In this document: positions 39,392-48,519 of the stretch, piece after piece
How positions within the stretch are numbered: the stretch's first letter is position 1
How the letters are laid out: each line of letters begins with the position of its first letter
Assembly: GCA_038279365.1 (NCBI GenBank)
Contig: JAYODI010000029.1
Location: forward strand, 1-57,348
From: Candidatus Latescibacterota bacterium
Lineage (GTDB): Bacteria > Latescibacterota > UBA2968
Length of the DNA: 57,348 bases
Direction of reading: 5' to 3'
The notes under the pieces: model-generated
Databases searched by the model: none
Seen by the model: the letters and a program-made list of their open reading frames with translations, nothing else
Told to the model about the DNA's origin: nothing
Position numbers and translations under genes: made by a program

Positions 39392-39667
39392 ACCAGAACC
39401 CCGTTGAACACAAAATGAAAGAGAGTAAGTACAAAACCGTATAGATGCAATAAAATTTAGGCAAAAACACCTAAAATAACTATATTAAATATCGCGTCCA
39501 AATCTTGACGCGTAATGTAATGAGATGTCATTGTGGTGTCAATACCACATCCATCCATCGCGTCACCCGTGTCCTCAAAACTTCTTGACAACACACTCGA
39601 TTGACGTATTATTCCAACGACTTGAGTTTGCGTAAGTTCCCAACAAAACCCTGACCCTTCAAAACTT

Positions 39668-41074
39668 ATGAAACACAAAATTCTAATTACAGACGACGAT
39701 TTATCCATTCGCACTATGTTGCAAAAAGTGCTCGAAAGAGAAGGATACAGCGTTTTAACGGCCTTAGATGGTGAAGAAGGTGTTGAGTTGGCGGCAAGTG
39801 AGTCACCCGACCTCATCTTACTCGACCTGGGCTTGCCCGGCATTAATGGCATTGAGGCCTTGCGTCAAATTAAAAAGAACGACCCCGATATGGCCGCCAT
39901 TATGATCACTGCCGAGGGCAGCATTGAATCGGCCGTAGCAGCCATGAAAGCCGGTGCCAGAAATTATATTACCAAGCCCTTCAACACCGACGAAATTCGC
40001 ATCATTGTGGCCGAAACCCTCGAAACCGTTCGATTAAGGCGCGAAGTACATATTTTGCGAAGCAACCAGCGCGATGCATTTGACCCCAACCAAATCATTG
40101 CGCAAAGTGAAGCCATTAAAAAAATTATTCGGCTGTCACAAAGAATTGCGCAAAGTGAAACCACCACCGTACTCATTGAGGGAGAAAGTGGCACGGGCAA
40201 AGAAGTCATCGCCAAGCTTATTCACTACACTGGCCCACGCGCCGACGGCCCTTTTGTGCCCATCAACTGTGGTGCCATTCCCAAAGACTTGGTTGAAAGC
40301 GAACTGTTTGGCAGCGAAAAAGGCGCTTATACAGGCGCCGCCCAAACCCGAGCCGGTAAATTTGAAGCCGCCAATGGAGGCACGCTGTTTCTCGACGAAG
40401 TCGGAGAATTGTCTCTCGACAACCAAATTAAACTGTTGCGTGTTTTAGAAGAAAAATCTTTCTACAGACTCGGTGGCAACAAAAACATTCACGTCGATGT
40501 GCGCATTGTGGCCGCCACCAACCGCGACTTGCACAAAGCCATTGATGAAGGCGTTTTTCGAGAAGATCTTTATTATCGGCTTAATGTGGCAGGCATTTAC
40601 ATTCCTGCCCTGCGCGAACGCCAGGAAGACATTATTCCATTGGCCGAAAAGTTTATTAAAGAATTTTGTGGCACATTTGGCAAACCACCGCTCACCATCG
40701 AACCCGAAGCCGAAGAACGCCTCCTTACATATGCCTGGAAAGGCAATGTGCGCGAGTTGCGCAATACCATCGAGCGGATCATTTTGCTTGAAGATGGCAC
40801 CGAATTAAAAGGCCATCATCTCGACTTTCTACAACCGCCACGCCACAACCGTCGCAATGTGGTTCAAAGCCCCGTATCACAAGTGCCAGCCGAACAACCA
40901 AGTGGGGCCTTTAAATTGCCGCCCGAAGGCGTCATTCTCGACGACTTAAACAAAGACCTGATCCACCAAGCACTTGAGGTTACCGGCGGCAACCAGGTGC
41001 GTGCCGCAAAACTTTTAGGCCTTACGCGAGGAACCCTGCGTTATCGCCTCGACAAATACGGCATTCAAGAATAA
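39668..41074 (+). CDS. sigma-54-dependent response regulator, NtrC/AtoC family
   Basis: Receiver (DDD, LLDLGLP), [37 protein letters not shown]-terminal Fis-type HTH. Confidence 0.96.
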   Translation: MKHKILITDDDLSIRTMLQKVLEREGYSVLTALDGEEGVELAASESPDLILLDLGLPGINGIEALRQIKKNDPDMAAIMITAEGSIESAVAAMKAGARNYITKPFNTDEIRIIVAETLETVRLRREVHILRSNQRDAFDPNQIIAQSEAIKKIIRLSQRIAQSETTTVLIEGESGTGKEVIAKLIHYTGPRADGPFVPINCGAIPKDLVESELFGSEKGAYTGAAQTRAGKFEAANGGTLFLDEVGELSLDNQIKLLRVLEEKSFYRLGGNKNIHVDVRIVAATNRDLHKAIDEGVFREDLYYRLNVAGIYIPALRERQEDIIPLAEKFIKEFCGTFGKPPLTIEPEAEERLLTYAWKGNVRELRNTIERIILLEDGTELKGHHLDFLQPPRHNRRNVVQSPVSQVPAEQPSGAFKLPPEGVILDDLNKDLIHQALEVTGGNQVRAAKLLGLTRGTLRYRLDKYGIQE

Positions 41075-41098
41075 AACCTTCATTTTCTGTATCTAAAC

Positions 41099-41130
41099 AA
41101 AAAGCAGAGGAAAAATCCTCTGCTTTTTTT
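41099..41130. terminator. Bidirectional intrinsic terminator
   Basis: AAAAAGCAGAGGA-AAAA-TCCTCTGCTTTTTTT. Confidence 0.88.
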
Positions 41131-41917
41131 ATGTATGGGTCACATCCTTTTGTGCCTGCCACACCGCCAACCCCAAAGTCAAAATTGCAAACCCAACCGT
41201 CACGATCACGCACAAGCCCATATCGGGTAAGGTGTGATGCCCCAATGGCTCTGCCCAATAAATGGCCTGTCGCAACCCAGCCATCCCATAAGTGAGTGGA
41301 TTGATAACCATCATCCAAGACAACCAACTCGAGGCCCCATCTACAGGAAAAAAAGCACCAGATAAAACCCACATGGGCAGCAAAAACAAATTCATCACCG
41401 CATGAAACCCTGCCGTAGATGTCATGCGCCAAGCAATCACAAACCCCATGCCCGTAAGGGATAAACCCAACAAAAACAAAAACCCAACCGTCACCAACAA
41501 AGATTGCACAGAGACAGGAATATCCAAACCAATTAAAAACAACAAAAATACCACACTTTCACCCAAAGCAAGTGTGGTGCCCCCCATCACTTTTCCCATC
41601 ACCAAACCCGTGCGTGAAACAGGCGCAACCATTACCGATTGCAAGAACCCTTCACGCCGATCTTCAATAACAGAAATGGTCGAAAAAATGGCCGTAAACA
41701 ACAAAATCAGCAACAACGTACCCGGAAAAATGTACTCCAAATAACCCACATGATCAGGTAGTCCCGCAGGCATAAATGACCCTTCAAAACCCGCGCCCAT
41801 CAACAACCAAAACACCAACGGCTGTCCAATAGACCCATAGAGGCGATTGCGATCACGCGCAAAACGAACCAGCTCACGCTTCCACAGTGAAACAACAGGC
41901 AACAACGTATTAGACAT
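41129..41917 (-). CDS. ABC-2 type transporter permease
   Basis: EDRREGFLQSVMVAPVSR...GK, LSGAFFPV, INPLTY. ORF track start 41965. Confidence 0.92.
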   Translation of the reverse strand: MSNTLLPVVSLWKRELVRFARDRNRLYGSIGQPLVFWLLMGAGFEGSFMPAGLPDHVGYLEYIFPGTLLLILLFTAIFSTISVIEDRREGFLQSVMVAPVSRTGLVMGKVMGGTTLALGESVVFLLFLIGLDIPVSVQSLLVTVGFLFLLGLSLTGMGFVIAWRMTSTAGFHAVMNLFLLPMWVLSGAFFPVDGASSWLSWMMVINPLTYGMAGLRQAIYWAEPLGHHTLPDMGLCVIVTVGFAILTLGLAVWQAQKDVTHT

Positions 41918-42836
41918 CCCGCACCTCCACCTCAAATTTGTGCCCAGTGCGCTGCACGAATACATCTTCCAAAGAGGGCTGGCTCAATGTCAGTGCCGTA
42001 ATCAAATCGCGCACCAAAGGATACAGCTTGGCCAACAAATTCTCCGCGCCAGCACATGCAATTCGCACCGTGTGATCCACCACCTGAACCTCACCATCAA
42101 AAACAGGCTGAATACGTGCAACCACCCCATCAGGGTCTTCTGTTTGCAAAGCAATGACATCATTGCCCACCGATTGTTTCAACGCCAAAGGTGTATCCAG
42201 AGCAATTAAATGCCCACCATCCAAAATACCCACCTGATCACACCGCTCGGCTTCTTCCATAAAATGTGTGGTCAAAACCAGTGTGGTGCCATACGCTTCG
42301 CGCAAAGTCATCAAATTGTCCCAAAAGTTTCGGCGAGCCCCAGGATCCAAGCCCGTGCTGGGCTCATCAAAAACCAATACCTCAGGTCGGTGCAACAGCG
42401 CCTTTGCCAATTCAACCCGCCGTTGCAACCCCCCCGATAACTCGGCAACAAAATCTGCACGCCGATCATCCAAAACCACCAAGGACAACACCTCATCGAT
42501 GCGCTGTTTTAACAGAGGGCCACGCAAACCATATAAGTGGCCTTGATGTTGTAAATTTTCCAATACGGTCAATTTTGAATCCAAACTGGGTTTTTGAAAA
42601 ACAACACCCAAACGCTCCCGCACAGCCGCCACATCCTTCACCACATCTAAACCCGCAATGTGAATCTTGCCGTGTTGTGGAATAAGTGAGGTGCTCAAAA
42701 GCCGAAACAGCGTGGTCTTGCCTCCCCCATTTGGCCCCAGCAAAGCAAACACATCGCCTTTTTTTATTCGCAACGACACATTATCCAATGCCACCCGCTC
42801 GCCATACAAATGGCGAACCCCGTCAATATCAATCAT
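41910..42836 (-). CDS. ABC transporter ATP-binding protein (DrrA/NodI-like)
   Basis: GPNGGGKT, LSGGLQRR, FDEPSTGLDP, TTHFMEEAE, PSLEDVF. Confidence 0.94.
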   Translation of the reverse strand: MIDIDGVRHLYGERVALDNVSLRIKKGDVFALLGPNGGGKTTLFRLLSTSLIPQHGKIHIAGLDVVKDVAAVRERLGVVFQKPSLDSKLTVLENLQHQGHLYGLRGPLLKQRIDEVLSLVVLDDRRADFVAELSGGLQRRVELAKALLHRPEVLVFDEPSTGLDPGARRNFWDNLMTLREAYGTTLVLTTHFMEEAERCDQVGILDGGHLIALDTPLALKQSVGNDVIALQTEDPDGVVARIQPVFDGEVQVVDHTVRIACAGAENLLAKLYPLVRDLITALTLSQPSLEDVFVQRTGHKFEVEVRDV

Positions 42837-42922
42837 GCAATCCAAAGCAAATCACCCACAAAAGAAAGGTGATCGGGGTTCCGATCACCTCAAGGTTTAC
42901 AAGCAATTAAACCACGGTTTCA

Positions 42923-43810
42923 TCAAATTTTATCCCACACCATCACGGCCCAAAGCACAGGCAAATAAATAAGTGTCGCCCGCAACAAACCCCGTGCACG
43001 CATATCTGTTCGGTTTTTTGCAAAAGCCAAACTTTTTTGCAAAACCAATGCCCCCAAAAGTACGGCCACCCCAAAGTAGATCGGCCCACTCAAACCAATC
43101 AGCGCAGGCATCAAACTACAAGAGAGCAACACCAAGCTATAAAGCACCATTTGATGTGCCGTGCGATCTCCTTGGGGGTCTTCTACAGACAACATGCGAT
43201 ACCCTCCCCGTGCATAATCTTCGCGATACATCCAAGCAATCGCAAAAAAATGGGGAAATTGCCAGACAAACAAAATCGCAAACAAAGCCAAGGCTTCACT
43301 GCCCAAACTGCCCGTAGCAGCCGTCCAACCACCCACAGGGGGCAATGCCCCCGAAATGGCACCCACTGCCGTATTGTGCGGAGAACGTTTTTTTAAAGGC
43401 GTATAAATTAAAATATAAATGCCCGTGGTCAACGCCCCACAAAGTGCGGTTAGCCAGTTAACAGCCACGCCCAGATACACCACCCCAACCACCGTGAGCA
43501 ACAACCCAATGCGCAAAGCCAACTCGGACGCCACACGCCCCGCAGGTAAGGGTCTATCAGCCGTACGTCTCATCAAACCATCGGTTTCTCGCTCGGCATA
43601 ATGATTCAGCGCACCAGCTCCCGCAGCCGTCAAAAAGGTGGCCAACACCAAATGTATCAACTTGAACACGGCTATTGGCGTGCCCAAAATACACCCCACC
43701 AAAGCACTTAATGTGACCATAACAGCAATGCGAAACTTGATCAGTTCCAACAAGTCACCCACAAAACTATGGGCTTCCGAATAGGATGCATTTTCTACGG
43801 GTTGTTGCAT
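42923..43810 (-). CDS. cyoE: Heme O synthase (protoheme IX farnesyltransferase)
   Basis: LN...ERETDGLMRRTADRPLPAG, YTPLKK, GALPPVGGW, WQFPHFFAIAWMYREDY. Confidence 0.96.
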   Translation of the reverse strand: MQQPVENASYSEAHSFVGDLLELIKFRIAVMVTLSALVGCILGTPIAVFKLIHLVLATFLTAAGAGALNHYAERETDGLMRRTADRPLPAGRVASELALRIGLLLTVVGVVYLGVAVNWLTALCGALTTGIYILIYTPLKKRSPHNTAVGAISGALPPVGGWTAATGSLGSEALALFAILFVWQFPHFFAIAWMYREDYARGGYRMLSVEDPQGDRTAHQMVLYSLVLLSCSLMPALIGLSGPIYFGVAVLLGALVLQKSLAFAKNRTDMRARGLLRATLIYLPVLWAVMVWDKI

Positions 43811-44061
43811 AAAAACTCCCCAACATCTTTACCAAATGAACACAGGTATATACAGCAACAGAACGCCTAACAATACCAGCTTTTTGCAAATCAGTCAAGT
43901 TAGAAGACACGTCTATTGAAACACAGCAAACGCCTCCTTAAGTGTCTGACAATGCCCCGTTCCAACAGATCGGTCTCACCGCTGCACCATATGGGTCATT
44001 TTTCGATTGCCCAATCTTACCTAAGTCCCTACAAAAGCAAGATGTGGCGCAAAAATAGGTC

Positions 44062-44091
44062 TTGACTTAGAACACGCGATAGCTATATATT
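44062..44091 (+). promoter_or_regulatory. Probable sigma70 promoter for the mamA-like/mamK-like cluster
   Basis: TTGACT-N18-TATATT, about 210 nt upstream of the TTG start. Confidence 0.5.
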
Positions 44092-44300
44092 GTAGGACAT
44101 TACGGCAAATCTTCCCTATTTGTCACATATCTTGCATATCTTCACCTCCCCCACATTTTGGTGATCCTTATCCTATTGGTCTAACAATTCATTTTGGTCA
44201 CCACCATTTAAGATACATCCTCTTTGTTGCAACTCCATTCTATTAAATTTCGAATTCACCGTTAGTTCGGCCTATTCAACCATACCAAGGGAGACTTGCC

Positions 44301-45158
44301 TTGAGCGCAGGGAACCAAGCCAGTAACACCAAGCGGGGCACGGGCAAAGTTTTTGGCTCATCCCAGTCGGGCAATGTAAACATTCAAAAGCGCGACCCAA
44401 TCAGTGAATATACACGTTCTCATTTAGAAAGTGAGGCTACCCAAACGCCACAAACAGGAGAGCTTCTCCCACAAGAATGGGAACTCATAGAAACCGACGA
44501 AAATGCCATTCCTGAAGAAGACATTCTTCAAAGATTGGATCGCATTGAAAAGCGTTTAGACGCATTTGAAAACACCAGCTACACATTCTTGCTCTATGCC
44601 AAACAGCTTACAGACCGAACAGTGTCTTTCTTTGAAGATATTTTTGGCCTCAGCAGTGGCGATCTGTCACAAATTCACGACCGATTGGGCATCAATTACA
44701 ACAACAAAGGCGATTATCCCAAAGCAATAGAAGCCTTTCAGAAGTTGGTGGGGCTCACACCATCGGCACCCGCTTTTTACAAACTCGGTGTGGCCTATGG
44801 CAACAACAATGACTTTCAAGAAGCCATTGAAGCCTATCGCAAAGCCATTTCTCTTGATCCTCAATATCTCAGTCCCTATTACAAATTGGCCGATGTTTAT
44901 GCCAAAACAGAAAACTTTGGCGAAGCCATCCGATGCCTCACACAGGCCGTAGACATCAATGCCGATGTCGCAGAAAGCCATTTCCGGCTTGGCAGTGTGC
45001 ACGATGCCAGAGGGGCCTACGATCAAGCCATTGCAGCCTTTAATCGGGTGCTCGCACTCAATGCCAATTACCCTGGCATTTACCAAAGCTTAGGTATCGC
45101 CTACGAACAAAAGGGCGAGCACAACCGCGCCATTGAATTCTTCAAAAAGTCGATCTAA
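44301..45158 (+). CDS. TPR protein, MamA-like
   Basis: About 5 TPR motifs. Pre-TPR helix and C-terminus (FRLG..D..G.YD.AI..F...L.L; YEQ.G.H..A..FKK) align with recalled MamA. TTG start follows AGGGAG. Confidence 0.8.
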   Translation: MSAGNQASNTKRGTGKVFGSSQSGNVNIQKRDPISEYTRSHLESEATQTPQTGELLPQEWELIETDENAIPEEDILQRLDRIEKRLDAFENTSYTFLLYAKQLTDRTVSFFEDIFGLSSGDLSQIHDRLGINYNNKGDYPKAIEAFQKLVGLTPSAPAFYKLGVAYGNNNDFQEAIEAYRKAISLDPQYLSPYYKLADVYAKTENFGEAIRCLTQAVDINADVAESHFRLGSVHDARGAYDQAIAAFNRVLALNANYPGIYQSLGIAYEQKGEHNRAIEFFKKSI

Positions 45159-45163
45159 CCACT

Positions 45164-45643
45164 ATGAGTATCCGCAATTTAACAACCCAAGTGCACCGAG
45201 AAAACACAGAGCACCAACGCGTGCAACAATTTCAATCTGTGCGATCTGCATCCAATGCGCCCGAGACCAAACAAAGTGTTGTCAAACAAACACCATTTTT
45301 AGTGGGCACTGGCAATCGAAAAGAGCGGGTGCCAGATCCATCAGCCGATCTTACAGTGCCCCCGCCAACAGCCACTCCCAAAATAGGTCTCAAGGAACGT
45401 GCTTCACAAACGACCTATGGTATTCCAGGGGGCATTGTTGCGCGTTTTGGTCGAGAAGCCCTTAAACAAACTACGACACAAGCTGAAAACAAAACAACAC
45501 CAGAACCTGTACGAGCAGAGTTGCCGGCAGAAGAAAACACAAAAGAAGCCGACGAACTCGAATTGCTACAGGTCCCAGAAGAACAGGAGCGGGTAACCGA
45601 AGAAGAAGCTACCCGCATCACCATCGAACTCCAATCTCACTGA
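45164..45643 (+). CDS. Hypothetical protein, low-complexity with an acidic C-terminal third
   Basis: 5 nt after the previous stop and 11 nt before the next ORF; rich in Glu/Thr/Pro/Gln; no TM segment. Confidence 0.7.
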   Translation: MSIRNLTTQVHRENTEHQRVQQFQSVRSASNAPETKQSVVKQTPFLVGTGNRKERVPDPSADLTVPPPTATPKIGLKERASQTTYGIPGGIVARFGREALKQTTTQAENKTTPEPVRAELPAEENTKEADELELLQVPEEQERVTEEEATRITIELQSH

Positions 45644-45654
45644 GAAAGGACGCA

Positions 45655-46773
45655 TTGGACATGGCGGATGAAACCGGCCCAAGCGCCCCGTTTGAAACCC
45701 CCGTTGATCCCACACCTGCCGGACGCACAACCGTCCCTCCATCGGGCGATATATTATACCTCGGTGTCGATTTGGGCACAGCAAACTGTTCGGTGGCGAC
45801 AAGCACAGACATTACCCGTACAGTCCCCAGTGTGGTCGGGTGGCCCAAAGATCTCGTTGCTTACAAATTTCTACAAAAGTCCATCGTGTTTGGCGAAGAA
45901 AGTATTCGCAATCGCATGGCCTTAGACTTGTTTTACCCGCTTGAAAAAGGCGTTTTGAAATATCGTCCATCAGAAGGTGGCAACATAGATGGCGAAAACC
46001 GCGAAGCTGCAGCGGTTGAAGAATTGGTTCGCCATGTGATTCAACTGGCAGAAATCAAACCCGGTCAATCTGTGCGTGCCGTTGTCGGTGCCCCCGCATT
46101 GGCCAGCGTAAGTGACAAACAAGCCATCATCGACGTCATGCAAGGCCTTGTCGATTCCGTCATTGTTGTTTCTGAACCCTTTCTTGTCGCTTATGGTTTG
46201 GGCTTTTATAACAACGCCCTCGTTGTTGATATCGGTGCAGGCACCTTAGATATGTGTCGCATGCATGGTACCATTCCCGAAGATGAAGATCAGCGCACGC
46301 TTTATAAAGCGGGCAATTTCATCGACGAACAGTTTCATGCACTCTTACAAGACAAAATTCAAGATTCACCCATTTCGCGTCATTTGGCCACAGCCATCAA
46401 AGAGCGTTATTCATTTGTTTCTCCCATCACCGAGGGCATCAGTGTCGAATTCCAAGTCGGTGGCAAACCCGTTTTATACAACATTGCCCAAGAGCTTAAA
46501 TCGGCCTGTGAAAGCATCTTGCCCGATACCCTTTCTGCCATTCGCGAACTGATCACCACTTTTGAGCCCGAGTTTCAAGACGAATTGCGCAATCACATTG
46601 TATTGGCAGGTGGTGGCAGTCAAATTAAAGGCCTACCCGAAGTCATTGAAACCAATCTCGCCGAATTTGGTTCTGCGCGCGTAACCGCCGTAGATGACCC
46701 CGTGTATGCAGGTGCATTAGGTGCGCTCAAACTCGCCCAAGACATGCCCCAAAGCGAATGGGAAAGTGCATAA
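45655..46773 (+). CDS. mamK: MamK-family actin-like ATPase
   Basis: LGVDLGT, SVVGWPKD, YPLEKGVL, VVSEPFLVAYG, VDIGAGT, EDQ.TL.KAGNFIDE, KERYSFV, GKPV, K.ACE.I.PD, F.PEFQ, LAGGGS.I.GL, GALKLA. These follow MamK rather than MreB. Start is TTG 45655 or ATG 45661. Confidence 0.9.
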   Translation: MDMADETGPSAPFETPVDPTPAGRTTVPPSGDILYLGVDLGTANCSVATSTDITRTVPSVVGWPKDLVAYKFLQKSIVFGEESIRNRMALDLFYPLEKGVLKYRPSEGGNIDGENREAAAVEELVRHVIQLAEIKPGQSVRAVVGAPALASVSDKQAIIDVMQGLVDSVIVVSEPFLVAYGLGFYNNALVVDIGAGTLDMCRMHGTIPEDEDQRTLYKAGNFIDEQFHALLQDKIQDSPISRHLATAIKERYSFVSPITEGISVEFQVGGKPVLYNIAQELKSACESILPDTLSAIRELITTFEPEFQDELRNHIVLAGGGSQIKGLPEVIETNLAEFGSARVTAVDDPVYAGALGALKLAQDMPQSEWESA

Positions 46774-46796
46774 AAACAAAGTGACATAGCCCAAAC

Positions 46797-46848
46797 CAAA
46801 AGTCACGAGTCTGCTTCATATTAACGATTCGTGACTTTTGATTTTATT
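46797..46848 (+). terminator. Hairpin between mamK-like and parB-like genes
   Basis: CAAAAGTCACGAGTC-14 nt-GATTCGTGACTTTTG followed by ATTTTATT. Confidence 0.6.
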
Positions 46849-46879
46849 CCAACCCCAGCCATTTTGAAACCCATACTTC

Positions 46880-47494
46880 ATGCCCGACACACTTACCGAA
46901 ATCCCCATCACTCAAATTGATGACCGTCGTGTACCCCTTCGCGAACGCCTCAACGACCCCAACATCAATGGCCTCATGCATTCTATCCAACGCTTTGGCC
47001 TAATTGAACCTATTGTGGTCAGTCCTACAGACGATGGCTACATGCTCGTTATTGGACGTCGGCGGTTTGAGGCCTGTCGGCGTTTGGGTTTTGAAACCAT
47101 TTCGGCCATTGTTCGCAGGCTCTCTACTGAGCGTGCACGTGAGCTTTCTTATCAATCCAACCTCCAAACGCACCCCCTCAACATTGCCGATGAAGTAGAT
47201 TTTCTCAGACGCATCGACATCTTTCGTTTGCCCGATGCCGATGCCGCTCAACAATTGGGCATGACGCCCGCAGAGATGGCCGTGGCCAGACGCTTCAACC
47301 AATTGCCCCCGCCCATTCGCGAAGCCGTTCGCACAGGTGAGCTCGACGAACGACGCGCGTTGGCACTTACGCGATTAAAGCGAGAAACCGATCAAACACG
47401 TGTTTTTCGATATATCCGCGAAAACGACCCGCCCATTGCCCAACTCGAATCACTTATCGATCGCGTTCGCGACGGTCAAGCGCCATACGTTTAA
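46880..47494 (+). CDS. ParB/Spo0J-like protein (ParB N-terminal domain plus HTH-like region)
   Basis: L..SIQRFGLIEPIVV, LVIGRRRFEACRRLG, SNLQTHPLN, AQQLG...LPPPIREAV.TGEL....ALAL. Confidence 0.85.
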   Translation: MPDTLTEIPITQIDDRRVPLRERLNDPNINGLMHSIQRFGLIEPIVVSPTDDGYMLVIGRRRFEACRRLGFETISAIVRRLSTERARELSYQSNLQTHPLNIADEVDFLRRIDIFRLPDADAAQQLGMTPAEMAVARRFNQLPPPIREAVRTGELDERRALALTRLKRETDQTRVFRYIRENDPPIAQLESLIDRVRDGQAPYV

Positions 47495-47510
47495 AAATGT
47501 GCCATACAAT

Positions 47511-47545
47511 AAAAAAGCCACTGCTGTTACGCAGTGGCTTTTTTT
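47511..47545. terminator. Bidirectional intrinsic terminator
   Basis: AAAAAAGCCACTGC-TGTTAC-GCAGTGGCTTTTTTT. Confidence 0.9.
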
Positions 47546-47568
47546 ATGTCATCATCGCCAACAAATTC

Positions 47569-48519
47569 TTATATCGCATCCAATCGGGCCAAAACCGCTT
47601 GCATATCTGATGGCAAATGAGCCTCAAACACCATTTCTTTTTGCGTGTGCGGGTGTATAAAGCCCAATTTTTGTGCGTGTAACATTTGTCGGTCAATCAA
47701 CTTCAGCAGTTGTTGGGCAAAGGGCCGATAAACAGGTGAAATGCCCAAAATACGTGACCGACGTCCGCCATAAACAGGATCGCCAAAAATCGCATGGTGC
47801 ATATGAGAGAGGTGTACCCGAATTTGATGGGTTCGCCCCGACTCCAATTGCAATGTCAACAAAGTTGTAAACTCATATTCTTTTATCACCTGCCATTGGG
47901 TTGCCGCAAACCGTCCATCATCGCGAACGGCCATACGCAACCGATCTGACTTATGGCGACCAATAGGTACCTCAATTCGCCCCTCAGGCTCATCAAAAAG
48001 CCCCCATGCCAGTGCACAATATTGACGCACAATGGTCCTGTTTGCCAACTGCTCTGCCAAGCCCCTGTGTGTCACATCATCTTTGGCCACCATCATCAAA
48101 CCCGTTGTATCTTTATCCAACCGATGCACTATGCCTGGCCGTTGTCCACCATTCATCATCGACAACTGATCACAATGAAACAATAAGGCATTTACCAATG
48201 TGCCCGACAACACACCCGTTGCTGGATGCACCGTCATGCCTGCCGGTTTGTTGATCACCAAAACATGGTCATCTTCAAAAAAAATATCCAAAGGAATATC
48301 CTCTGGACAGATCTGCACCGGTTCAGGATCGGGCATATCAATATCTACCACGTCATCAGCCAATACTTTATAGCTCGATTTAACCACTTGGCCATTTACA
48401 CGCACACATCCATCTTGAATCAATTGCTGAATACGAGATCGAGACAACGTGTCCAAATCGGTAGCCAACCAGCGATCCAACCGGTCACCTTCACATTCAG
48501 GTGGAATTTTGCTCTGCAT
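47569..48519 (-). CDS. rluD: RluA/RluD family pseudouridine synthase
   Basis: S4 domain (RLDRWL..SRSRIQ), NKPAGMTVHP, GIVHRLDKDTTG, GRTHQIRVH. ORF track start 48582. Confidence 0.94.
   Translation of the reverse strand: MQSKIPPECEGDRLDRWLATDLDTLSRSRIQQLIQDGCVRVNGQVVKSSYKVLADDVVDIDMPDPEPVQICPEDIPLDIFFEDDHVLVINKPAGMTVHPATGVLSGTLVNALLFHCDQLSMMNGGQRPGIVHRLDKDTTGLMMVAKDDVTHRGLAEQLANRTIVRQYCALAWGLFDEPEGRIEVPIGRHKSDRLRMAVRDDGRFAATQWQVIKEYEFTTLLTLQLESGRTHQIRVHLSHMHHAIFGDPVYGGRRSRILGISPVYRPFAQQLLKLIDRQMLHAQKLGFIHPHTQKEMVFEAHLPSDMQAVLARLDAI

Noticed and set aside
44040-44120. sigma54 promoter for the mamA-like cluster driven by the nearby NtrC-like regulator
   Set aside because: TGGCGC and CGGCAA are not followed by GC at the required GG-N10-GC spacing.
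45655-46773. Ordinary MreB or plasmid ParM
   Set aside because: No mreC/mreD or parR neighbour; it lacks MreB signatures such as EPSVVA and RPMKDGVIADF and has the MamK-type SVVGxPKD and SEPF motifs.
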